Shown: in pieces, positions 1-8,849 of the stretch | How the letters are laid out: the number at the start of each line of letters is the position of its first letter | Position numbering within the stretch: position 1 is the stretch's first letter | Origin: an uncultured delta proteobacterium | GTDB lineage: Bacteria > Desulfobacterota > Binatia > JACPRU01 | Direction: 5' to 3' | Assembly (NCBI GenBank): GCA_963745025.1 | Contig: CAVUWD010000020.1 | Location: forward strand, 128,001 to 192,000 | Length of the DNA stretch: 64,000 bases | Notes under the pieces: generated by a model | Told to the model about the DNA's origin: nothing | Database searches by the model: none | What the model saw: only the letters and a program-made list of their open reading frames with translations | Position numbers and translations under genes: made by a program

Positions 1-2
1 AC

Positions 3-245
3 TGCCATTCAAATCAGACGCGATGGCCTTGGTATAGCGCGCTCGCGCCGATGTCCTGGCTCATCCAGCACGACGTGATGGCAGGGCGGCGGCGACTGAA
101 CTTCTCGGACTGGACGGACTACGCCTCGGATCCAGAGACCGCCGCTGAGAAGCTTCGCAAGGTCGCGAAGGCCGTTACCGACGGGAATATGGCGCCTCGA
201 TACTACCAGATGCTGCGTCCCCGGGCGCGAGTCGACGAGCGGGGA
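3..245 (+). CDS. Haem-binding domain (Haem_bd-like cytochrome c) protein, 5'-truncated by the window edge
   Basis: Frame from nt 3 reads CHSNQTRWPWYSALAPMSWLIQHDVMAGRRRLNFSDW...MAPRYY: the end of a CxxCH motif plus the WPWYS/LNFS motifs of this family. The 3' end is unclear because it runs in frame into an FMN-binding remnant. Confidence 0.75.
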
Positions 246-440
246 GGGGTGCTCTATCACACGCGCTACGGCGGAGAGTCCGCGCCGACGCTTTCTCGAT
301 CAGATCGCGGCAAGGCTGAGCGAGATCGGCTGCTGCCGTCGCAGGACATCCGCAACATCGCGGGCGCGACCCTATCGGCGCGCGCGGTCGGACGGAGGAA
401 GCAGGCGATCTCGTTCACACGAGATCGGCAACGTTCATCC
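246..440 (+). pseudogene. C-terminal remnant of an FMN-binding (flavinylation target) domain
   Basis: VLYHTRYGGE...RGK...QDIRNIAGATLSARAV resembles FMN_bind domains, with AGAT as a variant of the [S/T]GA[S/T] flavinylation motif. An RRFLDQ segment lies in a shifted frame. Confidence 0.6.
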
Positions 441-579
441 ACCTCATTTTCTGCGCGCGGAACGCGCCTTCGCCGCTCCGGAGCTCGCTCAGGTAGATTC
501 GTCCCTAGGGGGAATGTCGAGCGTCTTACCCAGCCCGCAGGGCGAGTCGGGAAGGGGAGGCGCCGAATGGCTCTCAACA

Positions 580-1419
580 GCGTCGTCGGCAACGGACGGG
601 CACGATCTCGAGTCACGGCGATGCTCCGGAACATCGAGCCGGCGAAGCTGGTCCCTTTGCCGTCGCCGAAGCCCAATCGATGGACGCGCGAGCCGCGTTC
701 GAGCTCGCATATGGCCTCACCGATGCACCTCGGGCGGGCTCGTGTTTCAACGTGCGCCGCCCGAGTGGCGAGGGATTTCAGTCTGCGGGTTCGCAGTATC
801 GACCGAGGGCGCCTTCGACGTCAAGGGTCGCCGCCGGTCACCTGGGCTGGTCGCGGAGATCGCTGCCGTAGTGGAATGCGAGTCGCGCGCCGCGGGTTCG
901 ACGTTGTTGGGAAGGCGAGCTCTTGTCTCCCGACGTCGCGCTCAAGCCCATCATCGGAAAGGGTATGCGGCCGACTCGAGATCGGATCTCCTGCGGCGCG
1001 AAGGTCGCCAAGGCGCGCTCGTCAATTTCGGCGAGTCGAGCATCGTGCGTCGGCCCCGACAAGAACAAGCGGCTTGCGAATTTGGATACGCCGCGGAGGG
1101 TCTCTACGGCCCGCTGTTTCTGCGTGATATGGCGCTCTCGACCTCCGAGAGCTTCGGCGAGAGCGGACGGGTGAAGGGCACGCGCGTCGGTCACATCATC
1201 GATCCGAGAACGGGCGAGCCGCTCGAGCGAAGCGCGCAAGCACGTACTGGCGCCGAACGTCGCCGAGGTCGAGTTCTGGAGCAAGGCTCGGCTCATCGAG
1301 CCGGCGGGCGCGTTTCGCGCACTCGGTCGGCGGCCGTCCGTCACCGGCCTTCTGCTCGACGCGCGCGGAGAGCGCGTGGACGAACGCTTCGTCGCGCTGA
1401 GTGGCTGGCGCACGACCCG
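580..1419 (+). pseudogene. apbE: Degenerate FAD:protein FMN transferase (ApbE family)
   Basis: Fragments in shifting frames: STEGAFDV, IIG/KGYAAD, ALVNFGESSI, DMALSTS, GHIIDPRTGEP. Boundaries are approximate. Confidence 0.7.
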
Positions 1420-1809
1420 ATGAAGATCTTCGCCACACGCGAATACCGGCTCTCCCAATTGCCGTTCGGGGCGAGGCTCTTCTACTCGCTGTTCCTCGGC
1501 ATGGTCTTTCTCGGCCTCCTCACCTGCCTCGGCTTCGCCTTCGGCAAGTCGGGAATTTCGAGCGACGCGCTCGCCGAATACTATCGACCCGACGGCGGAG
1601 GCTACGGAGGCAAGTCGTTTCTCGAGCTGCTCGAGACCGCGCATTTCCACCTCTTCAGCATGCCGATCTTCTTCCTCGTGATCGACGACATCTGTTCCCA
1701 GCTCTCTCGGAGCGCAGCACTCGCGTATCTTTCCAGTTCTTCGCGGCGCTGGCGGCGGAGTACAGTGTCGTCCTGGCTTCGGTCTACCTCGGGCTCGGCG
1801 GTGTCGTGA
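1420..1809 (+). CDS. Membrane protein with LLETAHFHLFSM motif, C-terminus probably degenerate
   Basis: ATG at 1420; hydrophobic helix, then AEYY and a His-rich HFHLF helix; lies directly after the apbE remnant. Confidence 0.55.
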   Translation: MKIFATREYRLSQLPFGARLFYSLFLGMVFLGLLTCLGFAFGKSGISSDALAEYYRPDGGGYGGKSFLELLETAHFHLFSMPIFFLVIDDICSQLSRSAALAYLSSSSRRWRRSTVSSWLRSTSGSAVS

Positions 1810-1818
1810 AATTCAACC

Positions 1819-2739
1819 TCACGCTCGAGCGTTTTCGGTTCTGTCGGCCCCTGCGTCTGAGCGGGCTAGCCCCCATCGACATTCCCGTGATGCCCCGTGC
1901 GAATTTCGGATGAGGTCAGGCGGCGGCGTCTCGGTCGGCGCGGGCGTTTCCGTAGTTTCGGGCGTGGGGGTGTTCTCGGCCAAGCAGTCGTCGCTGTGAC
2001 CGGCGCTGAGAATCCTCACGGTGTCGGCGTCGAGCGCAGACGACGTTCCGAGGCCCTCCCGCTCTCCGTCCGCTGCGATCAGCTGCCCCTTCTCGAGGTT
2101 GTTGAAGCTCGTCGGCGTTCCGTTCGCGTCCTGGATCGCGGTGTCGTTGAGCTTGACGATGCGCGTGAGCTCGTTTCCGCCCGAAGCGACGCACACGTTG
2201 AGATTGCCGTTCGGTGAAGCGGGGACGTTGCGGATCACGCCCTGAAACGTCTCCGAGACCTTCGCGGGACGGGCGCCCGTGCAGTCGAAGTCGACGTCCT
2301 CCAGCGTGACGACCGCATCGTTCGTCATGTCGGGAAGGATCATCTCACCCTGGCAACGGCCGCGGCTGAAGACCACCGTCACGTTGCCGGTCGGCGAGCC
2401 GGGAAGAGCGAAGTTGCCTTGATCGTCGCTCGTGTCGGTCACTCCCGAGCCGCTGACGCCGGAGGCGCGCACTTGGACTCCGCCGAGATCGCTGCTCGAC
2501 TGCGCGAACGCCCGCCGGGCCAAGCCGAGGATCTCCTCGCTCGCCCAAGCGAGCCAGCGCCGAAGCTCGGGTTGGATCGACGCCGAAGGCGCGCTCGACA
2601 TGTTCCCTTGGATCGTGCTCGACCGCCCTCCTCCGTCGCCGCCACCGCCGCCGCCACCACCGCCACATCCGACCGCCAGCGCGACCGTGAGTGCAGTCCA
2701 CCTGCAGAGAGCCGCCGACCCCCGACCGTGATCGTTCAT
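1819..2739 (-). CDS. Putative lipoprotein (poly-Gly linker, DUF5666-like beta domain, Pro/Thr-rich tail)
   Basis: Lipobox LAVGC followed by a Gly run; TPTPETTETPAPTETPPP near the end; GGAGG RBS. Confidence 0.65.
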   Translation of the reverse strand: MNDHGRGSAALCRWTALTVALAVGCGGGGGGGGGDGGGRSSTIQGNMSSAPSASIQPELRRWLAWASEEILGLARRAFAQSSSDLGGVQVRASGVSGSGVTDTSDDQGNFALPGSPTGNVTVVFSRGRCQGEMILPDMTNDAVVTLEDVDFDCTGARPAKVSETFQGVIRNVPASPNGNLNVCVASGGNELTRIVKLNDTAIQDANGTPTSFNNLEKGQLIAADGEREGLGTSSALDADTVRILSAGHSDDCLAENTPTPETTETPAPTETPPPDLIRNSHGASRECRWGLARSDAGADRTENARA

Positions 2740-2773
2740 TCGCTACCTCCTTCTGGGAGATTTCCCCACCCGG

Positions 2774-4039
2774 CTAGAACAACAGAACCTCGACTTCGTC
2801 TCCCTCTTCCAGACCCTCCGCCTCGAGTGGGATGCGGACCATGCCGTCGGCATGGACCAAAGAAAAGACCGCTCCCGACTTGCCAGGAACGGGGCGGGCG
2901 AGTCGCCGCCCATCGGCCGAACGCTCGAGCGTGACGCGGACGTAGTCTTCCCGCCCGGGCTCGGATGGGACGTTGCGGACGAGCGTGGCACGGGCGGTAC
3001 GTTCGTGGGCAAAGGCGGACTCAGGCTTCTCGCCGGCGAGCAGCTTGACGAGCGGAGCTCCGAACAGGCGGAACGTCACCAGGGCCGAGACGGGATGGCC
3101 GGGCAGGCCGAGGATCGGCCGACCCATCGCGCGGGCGAGAATCGTCGGCTTTCCCGGAGCGTACCGGATGCCATGGAACAGCACCTCGGAGTCGGGGAAC
3201 GAGGCGATCACCTCGAGCGCCATGTCCTTGGTGCCGACGGAGCTGCCCCCGGAGAGGAACGTCACGTCTGCTTCGCCGAGAGCGCGCGACAGCGCTGTCT
3301 TCAATTGTTCGGCGGTGTCACCGACCAGGCCGAGATCGAGCACCACGCCGCCCGCCTCGCGGATCATCGCCGCGAGCGAATATTGATTGATGTTGCGGAT
3401 CTGTCCGGGGCGCGGCTGGACGTCGGGTGGCACGATCTCGTCTCCGGTGGAAAGTAGCGCCGCCCGTGGCCGGCGGACGACCGCTACCTCGGTGATGCCG
3501 GCGCCGGTCAGTGCCCCGAGGTCCTGGGCTCGCAACTTCCGTCCGGCAGGAAACACCGGATCGCCGCGGCGGATGTCCTCGCCGATCCGAAGTACGCTCT
3601 CCCACGGCGAGACGCCCCGCTGGATCTCGACCGTGCCGTCGACGAGCTCGTCGCAGTACTCGATCATGACGACGGCGTTGGCGCCGGGCGGAATCATGCC
3701 GCCGGTCGAGATGCGCATGGTCTCGCGGGGCTCGAGCGCGCGCGTCGCCTCGTCGCCCATTTCGATCGATCCGACCAGGCGAAGATAGTTGGGCTGGCTC
3801 GCGGAGGCGCCGAACGTGTCCTCGGCCCGTACGGCATAGCCGTCCATGTTCGAGCGGTGAAAATGCGGCATGTCGTCCGCGGCGACGATCGACTCCGCGA
3901 GGATCCGCCCCGCGGCATCGGCCACGGCCATGCGCTCCGTGCCGAGCGGCCCGAAGCGCTCGAGAGCGCCCCGCGCCTCGGCGGGCGAAAGCACCCGAAA
4001 GAACGGCTTCACGACCCGAGGCGCACGTGCGTCAGACAT
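2774..4039 (-). CDS. moeA: Molybdopterin molybdotransferase (gephyrin-like)
   Basis: RSNMDGYAV, STGDE, SGGSSVG, PGKP and GLPGHPVS motifs; start at MSDARAP. Confidence 0.93.
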   Translation of the reverse strand: MSDARAPRVVKPFFRVLSPAEARGALERFGPLGTERMAVADAAGRILAESIVAADDMPHFHRSNMDGYAVRAEDTFGASASQPNYLRLVGSIEMGDEATRALEPRETMRISTGGMIPPGANAVVMIEYCDELVDGTVEIQRGVSPWESVLRIGEDIRRGDPVFPAGRKLRAQDLGALTGAGITEVAVVRRPRAALLSTGDEIVPPDVQPRPGQIRNINQYSLAAMIREAGGVVLDLGLVGDTAEQLKTALSRALGEADVTFLSGGSSVGTKDMALEVIASFPDSEVLFHGIRYAPGKPTILARAMGRPILGLPGHPVSALVTFRLFGAPLVKLLAGEKPESAFAHERTARATLVRNVPSEPGREDYVRVTLERSADGRRLARPVPGKSGAVFSLVHADGMVRIPLEAEGLEEGDEVEVLLF

Positions 4040-4851
4040 GGGAGCTCCTTTCGCACCTTGCGCAGATAGTCGAGGCGAATCTCCGCCAGGATGATCGCCT
4101 CCCCCTCGCTGGCGCGGGCGACGACCGCACCCCAGGGATCGACGATCATCGAGCCGCCGTAGTCGCGATGGCCGTTCGGGCTCGTGCCGCACTGGTCCGG
4201 GGCGATCACGTAGCATTGATTCTCGATCGCCCGCGCGCGCACCAGCGTCTCCCAATGCGCGGCGCCCGTCGGGAACGTGAACGCGGAGGGAATGCAGAGA
4301 ATCTCCGCTCCCGCGCGGACCAGCCTCCGGTAGAGCTCGGGGAAGCGGAGGTCGTAGCAGACCGACAGGCCGATTGCGCCGATCGCGGTCGGAACGACGA
4401 CGGTCTCCTGCCCCGGCTTACGCGCCTCGGATTCCTTCGCCGTGACCTGCCCGGGGATCTCGACGTCGAAGAGATGAATCTTCCGATAGAGGCCGGCGAT
4501 CTCGCCGCTCGGCGTGAACAGCAGCGCCGTGTTGTAGCAGCGGCGCTCTCCCGCGACCGCTTCGGTGATCGATCCGGGCTGGAGATGAATACCGAGCTCG
4601 CGGGCGATCGCGCCGAGCCGCTCGCTCGTCGGCCCCGGGATCGACTCGGCGGACTCGGCTTCGGTTCCGCGAGGGCCGCGCCAGCTGAAGACCTCGGGTA
4701 GGACGACGAGCCTCGCCCCCTGCTTCACGGCGGTGCGAATCAGCTCTTCGGCCCGGTCGAGGTTCGCCCGTTTGTCCGAGCCCGAAGACATCTGGATGGC
4801 GGCGGCGTAGAGCACGGCCTCAATAACAGCCGATCTCTCGCGGTGCGGCAA
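4009..4851 (-). CDS. Carbon-nitrogen hydrolase (Nit1-like deaminated glutathione amidase)
   Basis: LPE, YRKIHLFDV, VCYDLRFPEL and RARAIEN motifs give the Glu-Lys-Cys triad. Confidence 0.92.
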   Translation of the reverse strand: MPHRERSAVIEAVLYAAAIQMSSGSDKRANLDRAEELIRTAVKQGARLVVLPEVFSWRGPRGTEAESAESIPGPTSERLGAIARELGIHLQPGSITEAVAGERRCYNTALLFTPSGEIAGLYRKIHLFDVEIPGQVTAKESEARKPGQETVVVPTAIGAIGLSVCYDLRFPELYRRLVRAGAEILCIPSAFTFPTGAAHWETLVRARAIENQCYVIAPDQCGTSPNGHRDYGGSMIVDPWGAVVARASEGEAIILAEIRLDYLRKVRKELPCLTHVRLGS

Positions 4852-4863
4852 GCCGCCCCGACC

Positions 4864-5640
4864 TCAATTCGCGAGCGCCTGCAGAACCTGCTCGTGGAGC
4901 GTGCCATTGCTGGCGACGAGCCCACGAAGCGCCGGACTCGGTTGATTGTAGCGTAGGGCCTCCCCGGCGACGTCTGTGACCCGCCCGCCGGCGCATTCGA
5001 TGATGCAGGCCGAGGAACACACGTCCCATTCGCTCTTCGGCGACAGCGTGAAGGTGGCGTCGGCTCGGCCCGCCGCGACGAGCGCGAGCTTGTAGGCGAC
5101 CGAGCCGGTGAGCTCGATCACGAAGCGGCCGCGGAAACGATCCCATTCGCCGCGCTCGTTCTCCGACCGACTGGCGAGCAGCACGGCACGCTCGAGCGCA
5201 GTCGTCGAGGTCACGCGGATGGGTCGGTCGTTGAGCGTCGCTCCGGCCGTGCGCTCCGCGGCGAAGAGCTCGTCGGTGATCGGATTGTAGGTGACTCCGA
5301 CGACGGGTACGCCGTCTTCGACGAGCGCGACGCAGACCGCAAGCTCTGGAATCTGCCGCACGAATTCCTTGGTGCCGTCGAGCGGGTCGACGATCCACAC
5401 CCGCCGCTTGCCGAGGCGCTCCGCCGTATCGCGCGACTCTTCGGAGAGCCAGCCGTCGTGCGGAAAGGCGGCGGTGATCCGCGCCTCGAGCGCCTGGTTC
5501 GCGCGGGTGTCGGCTTCGGTGAGCGGGCTGTCGCCGCGATCGCCCTTCTCGACGACCGAGAGCGGGGTCCCGTAGAGCGAGCGGATGATCGCGCCCGCCT
5601 CGCGCGCCGCCTCGATTGCGACTCCGAGCTCTCGCTTCAC
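4864..5640 (-). CDS. cysQ: 3'(2'),5'-bisphosphate nucleotidase / inositol monophosphatase family
   Basis: [16 protein letters not shown] and SEWD motifs. Confidence 0.85.
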   Translation of the reverse strand: MKRELGVAIEAAREAGAIIRSLYGTPLSVVEKGDRGDSPLTEADTRANQALEARITAAFPHDGWLSEESRDTAERLGKRRVWIVDPLDGTKEFVRQIPELAVCVALVEDGVPVVGVTYNPITDELFAAERTAGATLNDRPIRVTSTTALERAVLLASRSENERGEWDRFRGRFVIELTGSVAYKLALVAAGRADATFTLSPKSEWDVCSSACIIECAGGRVTDVAGEALRYNQPSPALRGLVASNGTLHEQVLQALAN

Positions 5641-6740
5641 GACGACGAGGCGAGAACCTTGCGGTATTCGACGGCGAGCGACTCGACCATCTCCTCACGC
5701 CGGTCGTAGAGCCGCTTCGGCTTCCGTGGCGCGTGGGTGGAAAGCGCATAGGCCGTTAGGATCGGCAGCGCGATCGTCGTGTCGGCGTAGCAGACCACCG
5801 AGTCGGGCAGCTTCTCGGGGTCGACCTTGCCCCACGAGACCGCCTCACCAGGCGTGGCCCCGGAAAGGCCGCCGGTGTCGGGCCGCGCGTCGGTGACCTG
5901 CAGGAAGTAATCGTGCCCTTTCTCGGCGATGCCGAGCACCTCCTGGATCTGTGGTTCGGTCTGCAGCACGAAGTTCTTCGGCGAGCCGCCGCCGAGCAAG
6001 ACGACACCGCTCTTGCCGCTGCGGCGCTTGGTGTCGAAGACGATGGCCGCGGTCTCGTTGACGTCGACGTTCGGATCGAGCACGAGCTTGTTGCCGTTCA
6101 GGGCCATGGCGGCGACGTTCATGCCGATCGAGCTGTCGCCCGGCGAGGACGTGTAGATCGGCACGCCGTTCTCGTACGCCGCGGACACGAGTGACTTGCG
6201 GCCCTGCTGGAGCACGCGTTCACGCTCGTTCACGTAGCGACCGATCCGGTAATGGAACTCGGCCGTGCCCATCGGCCGCTGGAACTCGGCTGCGGCGATG
6301 ATTTCGCGGAAGAAGGCGTCGGTCTCGAGAAGCACCGTGTAGTCGAAGAAGATGTCATAGATCCGCACGACACCTTCCTCGCGAAGCTGGACGTCGTCGA
6401 CCTGCCAGGTGCCCCGGTGAAGCTCGAGCCCGATGCCGAAATGGGTGTCGTGGTAGACGTTCGCGCCGGTCGACACGATCCAGTCGACGAAACCGGCCTC
6501 GATGAGCGGGATCAACGCCGACATGCCGAGGCCGGCGGGCGTCAGCGCGCCGGTCAGGCTCATCCCGATCGTGACGTCCTCCTCGAGCATCTTACGGCTG
6601 TAGAGCTGACAGGCCTCGCGAAGCCGGGCTCCGTTGTAGGCGAGAAACGTGCTGTCGACGAGCTCGACGACGGGGATTCCCGCCCGGATCGGCTTGGGAT
6701 CGATTCGCGGTCGGTTGAGATGACGACTCTTCCCCTTCAT
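5637..6740 (-). CDS. Deoxyhypusine synthase-like protein (probable homospermidine synthase)
   Basis: [50 protein letters not shown]; RBS GGAGGGG before ATG 6740. Confidence 0.92.
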   Translation of the reverse strand: MKGKSRHLNRPRIDPKPIRAGIPVVELVDSTFLAYNGARLREACQLYSRKMLEEDVTIGMSLTGALTPAGLGMSALIPLIEAGFVDWIVSTGANVYHDTHFGIGLELHRGTWQVDDVQLREEGVVRIYDIFFDYTVLLETDAFFREIIAAAEFQRPMGTAEFHYRIGRYVNERERVLQQGRKSLVSAAYENGVPIYTSSPGDSSIGMNVAAMALNGNKLVLDPNVDVNETAAIVFDTKRRSGKSGVVLLGGGSPKNFVLQTEPQIQEVLGIAEKGHDYFLQVTDARPDTGGLSGATPGEAVSWGKVDPEKLPDSVVCYADTTIALPILTAYALSTHAPRKPKRLYDRREEMVESLAVEYRKVLASSS

Positions 6741-6771
6741 CGCCTGCCCCTCCGCTGGCGGCGCCGAAGCT

Positions 6772-6825
6772 AACAAAACGAAACGAAACAAGACAGAGAG
6801 AAGGGAGGGACGTCTCTCTGTCTTG
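6772..6825 (-). terminator. Intrinsic terminator-like hairpin in the leader of the deoxyhypusine synthase gene
   Basis: Perfect 13-bp stem CAAGACAGAGAGA/TCTCTCTGTCTTG (6789-6801/6813-6825), followed on the minus strand by TTTCGTTTCGTTTTGTT. Confidence 0.7.
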
Positions 6826-7070
6826 GTCACGGGGAGCCGCCGGAAAAGAGCGCGGAACGCATGCCGCGCTTCGCGTGGCGGCGTGCGTTTGCGGTCGGCC
6901 GGGTACGGGCGGACGACCAACGCACGCGCCATCCTGTTGGCGCCGTGCCCGTCGAGACCCGCACGCGTGTCGATGGCCGGTGTGGCAAAGACCGAGGCGT
7001 CACGGACGTCGCGTCTCCACCGAGTCCGATCAGTACACAACATGCCCTCGTTGCGTTATACGCGCGGAGC

Positions 7071-7544
7071 GTGAGACGGCATGCGGTGATCTTCCTCGCC
7101 TCTGGGGCGTACCTCGGATACGCACCGATCGCGTCGGGAACCTTCGGCACGCTCGCAGGGGTGGCGCTCTATCCGGTCTTCGAGGCGCTCCGCGGGCTCT
7201 CGCTGCCGCTCTACGTCGTGACGTTTCTCGCTCTGGTGGCCGCGGCGATTGGCATCGCCGGCGAAGCGGAGCAAATCTTCGGCGAGAAAGACAGCGGGAA
7301 GATCACCATCGACGAGGTCACCGGCTACATCGCGGCGACGCTCTTCGTGCGGCCGTCGCTCGCCGTGGTGGCGACGAGCTTCGTGCTCTTTCGGCTGTTC
7401 GACGTGGTGAAGATCTGGCCGGCGAGCTACTTCGACCGCGAGGTGCATGGCGGGCCCGGAGTGGTGATCGACGACGTGATCTCCGGTCTCTACGCGAACC
7501 TCGCGCTGCGCGCGCTCGTCTGGTTGGGCGGCTTCACGGTATGA
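7071..7544 (+). CDS. pgpA: Phosphatidylglycerophosphatase A
   Basis: PIASGTFGTL, DSGKITIDEVTG, FRLFDVVK, GVVIDDVISG. Confidence 0.92.
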   Translation: MRRHAVIFLASGAYLGYAPIASGTFGTLAGVALYPVFEALRGLSLPLYVVTFLALVAAAIGIAGEAEQIFGEKDSGKITIDEVTGYIAATLFVRPSLAVVATSFVLFRLFDVVKIWPASYFDREVHGGPGVVIDDVISGLYANLALRALVWLGGFTV

Positions 7545-8259
7545 AGATCGGCCCGCGCTGGCGCAGATAGCGCGCGACGGGCTCCGGCAACCATTCCGCG
7601 GCGGGCTCACCACGTGCCAGGCGCTCGCGGACCGCAGTCGCGGAGAGCGCGCGCCAGCGTGGGTCGAGCTCCAGCCAGTCCACCCGATCGGCGTAACGCC
7701 GTGCCGGCTCGTCGGCGAGCAGGCTCTCGAATGCCGCATGGTCGAGCTCGCCACGCGGCGCGACCAGGAGCCGCGCCCGATCGAAGAGCGCGGCAAGCGA
7801 GCTCTCGAAGTCTCGGTAATAGCGGGCATCGAAGATCTGGCCGACCTTGTCCATGCCGACGACGAAGGTGAAGAGCTCCACGCCGGGACATGCGCGGCGA
7901 AGCGCTTCGGCCTGCTCGGCATAGAGCCCGCGATTGTGCAGCACGACGCCGAGGCCTTCTTGGCCGGAGGCGATTTCCGCCAGCAGATGAAGCCGCTCGT
8001 CGAGCGCGAGACCGGATTCGCGCTTGTCGAGCGTGATCGTGCCCAACGAAAACAGCACGCAGTCGAAGCCGCGCACCCGCGCCGCGTCGGCGAGCGCCAG
8101 GTGTGCCCGAGTCGGGGGGTTGTAAGCGCCGGGGAGCACGGCGAACGAGCCCGCCGCGATCGCCGGTGTCAGGAGGCGGGCGGTTGGCTCGGAGCACGCG
8201 GCAACGTCCTCGACGGTGCGTCGGCAGACGGCGACACTTGCCACGGGTCGAGCGGACAC
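7534..8259 (-). CDS. Nicotinate/nicotinamide-nucleotide adenylyltransferase-like (NadD/NMNAT-like) protein
   Basis: PGAYNPPTRAH (HIGH-like), FVVGMDK and LSATAVRERL (SST-like); start codon uncertain. Confidence 0.75.
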   Translation of the reverse strand: MSARPVASVAVCRRTVEDVAACSEPTARLLTPAIAAGSFAVLPGAYNPPTRAHLALADAARVRGFDCVLFSLGTITLDKRESGLALDERLHLLAEIASGQEGLGVVLHNRGLYAEQAEALRRACPGVELFTFVVGMDKVGQIFDARYYRDFESSLAALFDRARLLVAPRGELDHAAFESLLADEPARRYADRVDWLELDPRWRALSATAVRERLARGEPAAEWLPEPVARYLRQRGPIFIP

Positions 8260-8263
8260 CGCT

Positions 8264-8648
8264 TCAGACCTCGGCGTCGACGAGCACGTTCCGCAGCGGC
8301 TCGCCGGCCGGGTCACGGCGCGGATCATCGGTGAACAGAGCCAGCACGTCCTCCACGTAGCGATCGAGCAACCGGTGCAAGGTGGCGGCGAACTCGCCGA
8401 GGTCGACGGGCAGATCGAACGCCAGGAAGACCTCGATCCTTTCGAAAGCGAGACGGGCCTCTTCGGCGAGCTTCGGCGTATTGGCGCGCAGCTCCTCGAT
8501 CGGTGTGAGACGGCGCGTCCGCCGTCTCCGCTCGCGCTCGACGTAAGCAGCGGTGATGACTTCGAGGACGCGGATCGAACGCCCGGATGCGGTCGATCTC
8601 GCCGCGGCCCGCGGCCAAAGGGAACGAGAGGCAGACGACGCAGCCCAC
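8264..8648 (-). pseudogene. Internally deleted D-2-hydroxyacid dehydrogenase-like remnant
   Basis: N-terminal part EIDRIRAFDPR/VLEVITAAYVE...EVFLAFDLPVDL joined to a C-terminal LALFTDDPRRDPAGEPLRNVLVD; one frameshift; NAD-binding domain absent. Confidence 0.5.
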
Positions 8649-8697
8649 AGGTGTTGGAATGTTCCGCTGCGGCCGATCTGTCAATCTGAAGAGCGGC

Positions 8698-8767
8698 TGG
8701 GAGTCTGTACCACAGATCGCTCCCGTTGGTCGCGACTTGCTCCGGCCGAGCATCCTACCGAGCCAGC
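8698..8767 (+). repeat. Dispersed ~60-bp repeat, copy 1
   Basis: CACAGATCGCTCCCGTTGGTCGCGA...CCTACCGAGCCAGC; matches 24367-24425 and 30702-30760. Confidence 0.85.
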
Positions 8768-8849
8768 CGCGGTCGGTGGCGCCACCGGTGTGGATAGACG
8801 GAGCTTGCCTGGCGGGGTTCCGAACCCTAAGATCTCTCTCGGAGGAGAC

